Position numbers and translations under genes: made by a program. A stretch of DNA of 64,000 nt. It comes from a virus. Under the pieces are notes generated by a model, which was not told where the DNA came from, searched no databases, and worked only from the letters and a program-made list of their open reading frames with translations. Location: the IMG/VR virus record IMGVR_UViG_3300017689_000001, positions 9,876 through 73,875 of that record; one strand, given 5' to 3'. Shown here one piece after another: positions 53,116-62,100 of this stretch; the stretch's first letter is position 1, and every line of letters begins with the position of its first letter.

Positions 53116-56100
53116 ATGGCTAGCAATGTTTATACCCAAGACATCGTCCTTGATGCCGACGGCAAGCCGGTATTCGACGCGCTAGCCAACGTCCAGCAGA
53201 CGCTTGCCCAAATTCAGAGGACTGTGGCGGGCATCGGCCTGACCACCGAGAAGGACGCCAAGGAGTGGGGCCTTGCGCTCGCGCAGAACCTCAAGCTGCT
53301 CAAGCAGGCCGAGAGCGATCTTCGGACCCTCCAGACCAACCCTCGGACGCAGGACTCGAAGTCGGCCAGCGCGAAGATCTTCTATAAGGAGGAGCAGCAG
53401 CGCGTCCGCGAGACCGGCAACGTCGAGAAGCAGATCGCGAAGGAAGTCGCGGACTACGAACGCGAGCAGGACCGCAAGGCGATCTCGTCGGCCAAGGAGG
53501 TCGCCGCGGCGCGGCGCGAGGCGGCCCAGGCCGCTGTCACCGCCAAGGCGCGCGGGATCACCAACCGCGACGACGCCAGCGCCGCCAAGGCGGCCAGCGA
53601 CGCGCGCCTGAACCAGCTGCGCCGCGAGCGCGACGCGGTCGCCGGCAACGACGTCGCCGCTTCGCGTGCGATCGCCGATCGGATCACGATCGAGAAGGCG
53701 CTTGGCCGCGAGCTGGACAGCACGATCAACAAGCTCAACCGGCTGACGGCGGCCGAGAACACGGCTCGCGCAGCCGCCGACCGCCGGATGCGCGGGGTCA
53801 CCTACAAGGATCAGACCCTGCTGGCGCCGAGCACCGTCCAGAAGACCGCCAGCCAGCTCGGCAACGCCGGTGCGCTCGACTTCTACAAGAACGAGCAGGC
53901 GACCGCCCAGTCGATCCTGCGCGCACGCATCGCCGACAGCCGGTCGAGCGAGCAACAGCGTGTCGCTGCACAGCGCAACCTCGAGACCGCCAACAAGCGG
54001 GTCACCGAGGCACAGAAGCTCGTCACCGAAGAGAACCGCATCGCGACCGCGCAGGAGCGCCAGCTCAAGAACGCCGAGCGGCTTGCCAATGCTGAGGTCA
54101 AGCGCACGGAGCAGGCCGCGCGCGCCGCGCAGCAGGCCGAGCGTCAGGCAGAGTACGAGCGCCGACGCTCGCCGATGGGGCGCGTCCAGACGGCGGCGAC
54201 CAACCTCGCGCTGTACGGCGGCGTCGCGGGCGTCGGCTACGCCGCGTTCAACGCGGTCCAGAGCGGCGTCGGGCAGGTCGTCGAGATGGAAGACGAGCTG
54301 GCCAAGCTGCAGGCGATCGCCAACGCGACCGATCCGCAGCTCCAGCAGCTCAAGGCCTCGATCTACGACATCGGCTCGACCTCGCGCTTCTCGGTCATCG
54401 ACCTCGCCAAGATCAGCCAGACCTTGGCGCAGGCGGGCGTCAGCGCCAGCCAGATGCAGGAGGTGCTCAAGTCGGTCACCACGCTGGCCACCGCGTCGGG
54501 GTCGACGCCGGACGAGGCCGTCAATCTCGTCACCTCGGCGCTCGGCTCGTTCCAGCTGCAGGCCAGCGAGGCGGCGCGCGTCTCCGACCTGATGACGTCG
54601 GCCCTCAACCGCACCAAGCTGACGGTGCAGCAGACCGGTCAGGCGATCCAGTACGTCGGTGCCACCGCCTACGAGCAGAACATCAGCCTCGAGACGCTGC
54701 TGGCGACCGTCGGCGCGATCGCGCAGGCCGGTGTCCGCTCTGGTTCGACGATCGGCACCGGCTTCCGCCAGTTCCTCGTCGACCTGCAGAACCCCAGCGA
54801 GAAGCTCCAGACCCAGCTCAAGGCGCTCAACATCAGCGCCTCGGACGTCGACGTCTCGACCAAGGGGCTACCCGCCGTTCTCGAGAAGCTGCGCGACAGC
54901 GGCTTCGGCGCCGGGCAGGCCTACGCCGGCCTCGAGACGCGCGCGGCAGCGTTCTACCTCGTTGCCAAGAACAACGTCGACATCATGGACCAGCTCATGC
55001 TGTCGTTCGCCAACAGCGGCGCGGCGGCGACGGCCAACGAGCGGGCGATGAACTCGCTCGGCGCGCAGTGGCAGCGCTTCAAGAACATCCTCGCCGAAGG
55101 GCTGGAGGAGTCGCTCGACCAGCCGCTGACGATCCTCAAGAACATCCTCACCTCGATCTCCGATAAGATCGAGGAGTCGCGCCGCATCGCCGAGGAAATG
55201 CGCCAGCAGGGCGCCAGCCCGAACGCGGCGTGGTACGAGAAGGACTACACGCCGCAGGCCACCGAGCTGCTGCGCCGGTCGATCAACATCATCGGCAGCC
55301 CCAGCCAGATCGCATCGGGCGGCACGGCCGGCGGTGGGCTGGGCGACTGGATCGACAGCTGGACCAAGAAGGCCGATGGCGCGACCGTCGCCTCCGAGCG
55401 GCTTGAGACCGCCGTCTCCGAGACCACCGACGCCGTCGATCAGCAGACCGGCCGGATCAGCGAGCTGGACAAGGAGATGGCCCGCCTCGCCGCGCAGAAG
55501 GAGAACCTGCGCAACAACGACATCCGCTCGGGTGGCGAGATCGTCACGCTGACTGCCAAGTTCGAGGGGCTGGCCGGCTACCTTATCAACACCGGCAATC
55601 GCTACGACGACCTGACGCAGGCCGTCGATCGCTACCGTCTGGCCCAGCTCAACCTGCTGAACACCGACCTGACCGCGCAAGGCTCGGCGCTGAACCTCCA
55701 GACCGCGGACGCGCGCCAGCGCGGCGGCTCGGCGATTAGCCAACTCCTCAACAACCCCAACGCGATGAGCAAGCTCACCTCGCAGGAGCGCGCCGCGGTG
55801 CGCGCGCTGCGCACGGCGGCGCCCAACTCGGAGCAGGCGCAGCAGGCGCAGGGCCTGATCGGCGACGCGGTGCGGCGCTTCACCGCCCCCGCGACCTTCG
55901 ACCGTGGCATGGCCGGGTCGCTGAACCAGATCCTGCAGGCCGCCGGGGTCATCGCCTCGAACACCGCGCAGAGCAACGTCATCCAGCAGCGCACCGCGGA
56001 CAACACGGCGGCGATGACGCCCGCTGGCCGCAAGATCACGAACAGCTCGAACGGCATCCGCACGCTCATCACCGAGCTGGGGTCGGCGGAGGGCGGCGAG

Positions 56101-58155
56101 AAGGCGCGCATCGGTCGCAACGCCACGGGTCAGGTCAACGTCCTCGACCGCTACATCACCGGCCTGCTCGCCGACAAGAGCATCCAGGGCGGCAACCGTC
56201 GCTTCCTCGAGAGCGCGGCGGTCGATCTCAAGAGCATGCGCCAGCAGATCAACGCGACGCTGCTGCCGACCAAGTCCGAAGAGACCGAGCGCAAGCGCCG
56301 CGAGCGCGAGGCCAAGGCGGCTGATCGGGAGGCCTCGCGCAAGCCGCTGGTCACGCAGGCCGACATCGACGCGATCGGCACCGGGCTGGGCCTCAAGCTC
56401 GGCAGCGGCGTGCGCACCAAGGCGGAGCAGAACCGCCTGCACGCGCGCGGCCTGACGCCGGCGACCGGCGACACGTCCTCGCACTCGAACGGCGGGATCG
56501 CCCGCGACTTCTCGGTCGCCGGCCTCACCGACGCCGAGGCGCGCCGCTACGCCGCGACGATGCGCGCGCAGTATCAGGCCAAGGGCATCGACGCCTTTGT
56601 CCAGTTCGAGACCGGCAAGGGTCGCGGGCAGGGCAGCGGCCGGCACATCCACGTCAACACCCGCAAGGGCACCCGCCTGTCGAAGGACCGCGAGGGCCAG
56701 CAGGGCGACCGCATCGACGCGCAGCTGGCGCAGGATCAGCTGGCGCTCGATCAGGACGATCTGGCCAACAAGATCAAGGCGATCAGCAAGGCCACGACGA
56801 GCGAGACGTTCGACGAGGCGACCAAGGCCGCCAAGGGTGCGCTCGACGCGGTCAACGCGCAGGTGAAGTCGGCCGCGCTCGACGAGCTGGCGGCGGCCGG
56901 CGTCGGCCCCGGCTCGCCGCGCTTCAAGGTCAAGATGCTGCAGGTCGATCAGGAGATCGCCCAGAACATCGAGAACTACCAGCAGAAGATCGCCGAAGCC
57001 CTCATCAAGAGCGCCGACGCGCAGACCAAGGCAGCGCAGACCGCGTTCGAGACCGCAACGAGCGGCGCGGCGGGCGTGCTCAGCGCGGCGCAGGGCGCGG
57101 CCTCGGGGCTGGACAACTTCTCGCTGCGCAACCGCGTGCCTGACTACGTGCGCCAGCTCGCCGGCGATCGCGTCAATCAGGCACAGGAGGGTCTCGCGCG
57201 CGCGCAGTACGCCGCGCTGCCCAACCAGATCGCCGCCAAGGAGGCGACGATCGCCGAGTTCGCGGCCAAGGCGCAGGAGCAGGGCGTCACCACGCAGACC
57301 ATCGCCCAGCTCGACGCCATGAACAAGGAACTGACCGAGCTGATCCAGAACCGCGAGGCGCTCGGCGCGCAGCTCGGCGCGGACGGTCTGCTGCCGACGT
57401 CGGTCGGTGCCGGCCTGAACCAGGCGATCGAGGCGTACCGCAATGCCAACAATCTGAGCCGGACGTTCAGCGACGAACTCATCATGAACATGGGCGGCGC
57501 GATCGACACGGTCGATCAGGGCCTCCAGCAGATGTTCACCGGCATCATGACCGGGTCGCAGACCGCGCTGGGTGCGTTCGCCTCGTTCGCCAAGGGCATG
57601 ATCGGCTACATCCAGCAGATGCTGGCCAAGATGCTCGCCGCCAAGGCGCTGCAGCTGATCCTCAACCTCGCGGGCGCGGCGATCGGCGGCAAGGTCGCCG
57701 GCGGCTCGCTCAACGCGGGCGCGGGCGGCGGCGGGAACGTCGCGGTCGGCGGCGGCCTCACCGTCGTGCCCTTCTCCTACGGCAACTTCCACGGCGGCCC
57801 CGCCGGCGCGCCGATCAATCGCATCAGCGGCGGCGAGGTGGTGAACGGTTCGCCCGCGCGCGACAGCGTTAACACCAACCTTGCCAAGGGCGAGTGGGTG
57901 ATCCAGAAGGAGGCGGTCGACAGCGTCGGCCCGCAGTTCATGGCGAAGTTCAATCAGCACGGCGCCAAGGCTCTGCAGGCAACGCAGTCGATGCCGCAGC
58001 TCGACATGAAGATGAAGAGCGAGACCAACGTCTGGCTGGCGCCGCTTGAACTGCAGCCCTCGCTCGGTGTGAATGACGTCCGCGTCATTCTCTCCGAGGA
58101 GCTGATGAGCGGCGACGGCAAGCGGCTCGTCCAGCATATCCAGCGAGAGGGCTGA
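53116..58155 (+). CDS. Tape measure protein with embedded M15-type peptidase
   Basis: 1679 aa, Ala/Gln-rich helical; TP901-like core; SSH..G.A.D...HIH motif at about 56401-56660. Confidence 0.9.
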   Translation: MASNVYTQDIVLDADGKPVFDALANVQQTLAQIQRTVAGIGLTTEKDAKEWGLALAQNLKLLKQAESDLRTLQTNPRTQDSKSASAKIFYKEEQQRVRETGNVEKQIAKEVADYEREQDRKAISSAKEVAAARREAAQAAVTAKARGITNRDDASAAKAASDARLNQLRRERDAVAGNDVAASRAIADRITIEKALGRELDSTINKLNRLTAAENTARAAADRRMRGVTYKDQTLLAPSTVQKTASQLGNAGALDFYKNEQATAQSILRARIADSRSSEQQRVAAQRNLETANKRVTEAQKLVTEENRIATAQERQLKNAERLANAEVKRTEQAARAAQQAERQAEYERRRSPMGRVQTAATNLALYGGVAGVGYAAFNAVQSGVGQVVEMEDELAKLQAIANATDPQLQQLKASIYDIGSTSRFSVIDLAKISQTLAQAGVSASQMQEVLKSVTTLATASGSTPDEAVNLVTSALGSFQLQASEAARVSDLMTSALNRTKLTVQQTGQAIQYVGATAYEQNISLETLLATVGAIAQAGVRSGSTIGTGFRQFLVDLQNPSEKLQTQLKALNISASDVDVSTKGLPAVLEKLRDSGFGAGQAYAGLETRAAAFYLVAKNNVDIMDQLMLSFANSGAAATANERAMNSLGAQWQRFKNILAEGLEESLDQPLTILKNILTSISDKIEESRRIAEEMRQQGASPNAAWYEKDYTPQATELLRRSINIIGSPSQIASGGTAGGGLGDWIDSWTKKADGATVASERLETAVSETTDAVDQQTGRISELDKEMARLAAQKENLRNNDIRSGGEIVTLTAKFEGLAGYLINTGNRYDDLTQAVDRYRLAQLNLLNTDLTAQGSALNLQTADARQRGGSAISQLLNNPNAMSKLTSQERAAVRALRTAAPNSEQAQQAQGLIGDAVRRFTAPATFDRGMAGSLNQILQAAGVIASNTAQSNVIQQRTADNTAAMTPAGRKITNSSNGIRTLITELGSAEGGEKARIGRNATGQVNVLDRYITGLLADKSIQGGNRRFLESAAVDLKSMRQQINATLLPTKSEETERKRREREAKAADREASRKPLVTQADIDAIGTGLGLKLGSGVRTKAEQNRLHARGLTPATGDTSSHSNGGIARDFSVAGLTDAEARRYAATMRAQYQAKGIDAFVQFETGKGRGQGSGRHIHVNTRKGTRLSKDREGQQGDRIDAQLAQDQLALDQDDLANKIKAISKATTSETFDEATKAAKGALDAVNAQVKSAALDELAAAGVGPGSPRFKVKMLQVDQEIAQNIENYQQKIAEALIKSADAQTKAAQTAFETATSGAAGVLSAAQGAASGLDNFSLRNRVPDYVRQLAGDRVNQAQEGLARAQYAALPNQIAAKEATIAEFAAKAQEQGVTTQTIAQLDAMNKELTELIQNREALGAQLGADGLLPTSVGAGLNQAIEAYRNANNLSRTFSDELIMNMGGAIDTVDQGLQQMFTGIMTGSQTALGAFASFAKGMIGYIQQMLAKMLAAKALQLILNLAGAAIGGKVAGGSLNAGAGGGGNVAVGGGLTVVPFSYGNFHGGPAGAPINRISGGEVVNGSPARDSVNTNLAKGEWVIQKEAVDSVGPQFMAKFNQHGAKALQATQSMPQLDMKMKSETNVWLAPLELQPSLGVNDVRVILSEELMSGDGKRLVQHIQREG

Positions 58156-58559
58156 TGGAGACCTTCGACTTCTGCCCTGACCGCAACATCCCCGAGACGT
58201 TGCCGCGCGAGACCTCGAACAGCTCGATGTCGATGAACGGCTGGAACTTCTCGGCGCGCCCGACGACGCCCTATCAGCGCAAGTTCAAGATCAGCCTGCA
58301 GGGCGTGCGCTGGTATCTGGATCCGGTCACCGGTCTGTACGACCCGCTGGCCAACCCCAAGTTCAATGCCCACGCGCTGGAGAAGTTCTACGCTCGCCAC
58401 GAGACGTGGAACCCCTTCACCTTCAAGCACCAGCACATCGGCGACTTGGTCGTGCGCTTCGCCTCGCCGCTGATCGTGCCGGCGGCGAAGGCCAACAGCG
58501 GCGGCCTGATCGATCCGATCGAGATGATGCTCATCCACCACAATCCGGGGTTCGCCTAA
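58155..58559 (+). CDS. Distal tail protein (gpM-like)
   Basis: After the TMP; FYARHETWNPFTF. Confidence 0.75.
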   Translation: METFDFCPDRNIPETLPRETSNSSMSMNGWNFSARPTTPYQRKFKISLQGVRWYLDPVTGLYDPLANPKFNAHALEKFYARHETWNPFTFKHQHIGDLVVRFASPLIVPAAKANSGGLIDPIEMMLIHHNPGFA

Positions 58560-59110
58560 TGGTCTCGCTGGTCAGCGTCGGACGTCGGTTCGAGATCCCT
58601 TTCAAGGTCATCGAGGGCGGCAGTGGCACCGTCATGGCGACGCTGTCGGAGACCGACCAGAACTCGCAGCCCAGCTACGTCTTTGTCCAGCCGCGCCACG
58701 TGCTGCGCGCCACCACGCCCACCGCCATCCGGCCGGGCATGGTGCTGCTGTCGCCCGAGGGCGCGCCGTTCATCGTCGGCGCCAACGGCCCGTCCGAGCA
58801 GGTGGTGGGCAAGCTGTGGGACAGCTTCCGCCTGTTCGAGCCGACGGGCCAGTATCTGTGGAGCCGCCGCACGCAGACGATCGACCCGATCACCAAGCAG
58901 CCGCGGTCGGGCGACGCGATCAAGCTGGGTATGATCTGGGCGGCGCTCGAGCCGATGGACCGTGAGCAGTCCGACCGCGAGATGCGCGTCAACTTTGAGC
59001 AGGTGCGCTTCATCACTGGCGCGGGCATCCAGCGTGGTGATTTGATCGACAACCGCGCCATCACCAAGCTGGACAAGCAGCTGGGTGTTCGGATAGGCAT
59101 CCTCACCTAA
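58559..59110 (+). CDS. Head-closure-like virion protein
   Basis: MVSLVSVGRRF start overlapping the gpM stop; TIDPITKQ..IWAALE..IQRGDLI pattern. Confidence 0.45.
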   Translation: MVSLVSVGRRFEIPFKVIEGGSGTVMATLSETDQNSQPSYVFVQPRHVLRATTPTAIRPGMVLLSPEGAPFIVGANGPSEQVVGKLWDSFRLFEPTGQYLWSRRTQTIDPITKQPRSGDAIKLGMIWAALEPMDREQSDREMRVNFEQVRFITGAGIQRGDLIDNRAITKLDKQLGVRIGILT

Positions 59111-59120
59111 CGAGGTGACG

Positions 59121-62100
59121 ATGTTCGCAGGCGCCAAGGGCGGAAGCTCTTCCTTTAAGCAGACCCCCGACAACCTGCGTTCGAACGACACGTTCGAGGC
59201 GGTGCTGGGATTGTGCATCGGCCCGATCAAGGGCGCGACGCGCGGCCTCAAGTCGGTCAAGGTCGACGGCACCGCGATCGAGAACGCCAGCGGCGACAAG
59301 AACTTCGCCGACTTCACCGCGCTGCTCGCCGACGGCGACCCGCTCAAGTTCCCGCAGAAGATCGAGTTGAAGCTGGGCGCCGGCGCCGCGCCGACGCAGG
59401 TCGGCGTCGCGATCACCAACAGCGGCGGCAACAACCCGGTGTGGGTCACCAAGACCCTCAACAACCGCGGTGCCGACTTCATCGACCTGCGCTTCATCGC
59501 GCAGCAGATCTTCCGGCAGGACGCCAAGGGCATCTACACGACCACGGCGACGCTGGAGATCCAGATGAAGCCGGTCGGCTCGACGACGTGGGTCAACCCC
59601 ACGCTCGGCACGCCCACGGCGCGCTACAGCGAGGCGGGCCAGCAGACGCCGACCGGCCTGCGCCAGTACATCCTCGCCGACAACTACGACGACAACGGCT
59701 ACTACAGCGCCGGCACGCCGAACTACCAGATCACCGGCAAGACCTCGAGTCCGTCGGCCTACGAGCTGCGTATCGGCGTCCCCAAGACCGGCGCCTACGC
59801 CAACGTCCAGTGGGATGTACGCGTCCGGCTGCTGGAGCGCGACGACTACACCGGCGGCAAGGACAACGCCGATCAGGAGAAGCGCACGATCTCGTGGGAG
59901 TCGCTGGCCGCGGTCTACGCCGGCGCGATGGGCGAGCACGAGGACTGGCGCGGCGTCGCGTCGATCCAGCTCTACGGCAAGGCATCCGACCAGCTGACCG
60001 GCGTGCCCGAGATCATCGGCGAGTACGACACCAAGATCGTGAACGTCCCGCCGTCGAATATCTTCGATCCCGAGACGCGCGTCTACCAGACCGGCGTGTG
60101 GGACGGCTCGTGGACCAAGGCCTACACGAACGATCCAGGCTGGGTGCTCGCCGACGCGATCGGCGACGCGCTGTCGGGCATCGCGCTGCTCGCACCCGGC
60201 TCCTACCTCAACAAGTGGGACGCGCTGGACCTGTCGAAGCACTGCTCGACGCGCGTGCCCGACGGCAACGGCGGCACGCAGCCACGCTACTGCCTCAACC
60301 TGTCGGTGTCGCAGCCGCAGAAGGCCGATGAGTTCATCAAGTACCTCGCGGGCGCGGTCGGCGCGCTGGCGTGGGACAACGGGAACGGCGAGTGGCGCTG
60401 CAAGGTCGACAAGGCCGACGCGCCAGTCGACATCTTCACGCTCGATAACATCGACGGCGAGTTCGTCTACAGCCACACCGACGTCGACACGCGCTTCAAC
60501 GACATCACCGGCAAGTTCAAGAACGCCGAAATGGACTACCGCGAGGACGGGGTCCAGCTGTTCGACAACACCTCGATCGCCAAGATCGGCCGCAAGCCGA
60601 CGACGATCGCGCTGGTCGGCTGCACCGACCGGCAGGAGGCGATGCGCCGCGTCAAGCTGCGCCTGCGCGCGACGGTCAACGAGAACCGCATCGTCAACTT
60701 CACGACCAACCGGCGCGGCCGCAACGTCGAGCCGCTGTCGACCATCCTGATCGCGGACGGCGACCTCGGCGACCAGAACAAGCAGACCACCGGCCGCACC
60801 ATCGCGGTCGCCGCCGACCGCAAGTCGATCGTGGTGCGCGACCCGATGTATCTGGCGCCGGGCATCGCCTACAAGATGTGGTTCACGATCCCGAACCCCG
60901 ACTACCTGCCCGACCGCACGACGCAGCCCACGAGCACCGAGTGGACCAAGCCGACGATCGCGATCTCGCGCAACGTCACGAACACGGCGAGCCAGACCGG
61001 CGCGGTCACGACCATCTACCTCGACACCGCGCTGCCGGACTCGATCGCCGACAACCTCTCGGTCGCGCTCGAAGCGCCCAACCTCGTCACCATGCCGCGG
61101 CTGTTCCGCGTCACCAGCGTCAGCCCGCAGGACGACGGCGAGCGCATCGCGATCTCGGCGGTCAACATCGACATCGGCAAGTACGATGCCGCCGACAACG
61201 TCTCGCCGCAGGACGCGGTGTTCCAAGACCTGCGCGGCGCGGTGCCCGCGCCCGAGCTGGTCAACGGCAATCCGCTGCTGTCGCTCATCACGGTCAACGA
61301 CGGCAAGACCGTCAACCTCGCCGCGTCGTGGCAGCGCCCCGCCAGCTCGACGGTCGCCGGCTTCCTCGTGCGCTATCGGATCAACGGCGGCAGCTGGATC
61401 GTCGGCGTCGACCGCACGCAGTTCACCAACTTCGAGCTGAACAACCCGGCCACCGGCACCTACGAGTTCGAGATCATCTCGATCGACCGGCTGGGCAACC
61501 ACTCGCTGCCGCTGACCGGTGTCCTCGACGTGACGCAGGCGCTGATCGACGCGACGCTCATCATCATGCCCGACGGGCGCACGCTGGAGGAGTCCCTCAA
61601 GGACATCGACGACGCCGCGCTCGGCCTGCTGGAGCTGTCGGACGACGACGTCATCACGGTCAACGAGAAGATCACCAAGCTGATCCCGCTCGACAAGGAG
61701 CTGCTGAACACCTTCACGCTCCTCAAGAACCAAGCCGACGCGATCACCGGCTTCCAGATCGTGACCAACGCGAAGGGCGACGCCGTCAACGCCAAGGCGA
61801 CGTGGGAGCAGTACCGCGACGGCCTCACTCCTGGGTGGAAGGATCTGACCCAGTCGACGCCTGTCGTGCGCACGACCTTCGACAATCAGGTCATCGCCTA
61901 CCGCAATGCGCTGACGTCGCTGGGCCAAGCTCTGCGCCTGTACGCGCAGTCGAACGCGCAGCAGGCCCTCACCCGCATCGACTCGATCGTTTCGGACGGC
62001 GTTCTCGATCGTTCCGAGAAGCCACAGGTCATGCTGGAGGTCGCAGCTATCGAGGCGGAGACCCCAGCGCTTGTCGCGCGTGCCAGCGCGCGCAGCATCT

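Noticed and set aside
54868-61928. 1089-aa and 941-aa minus-strand ORFs
   Set aside because: Shadows of the TMP and J; the same applies to most Arg/Pro-rich off-frame ORFs in the track
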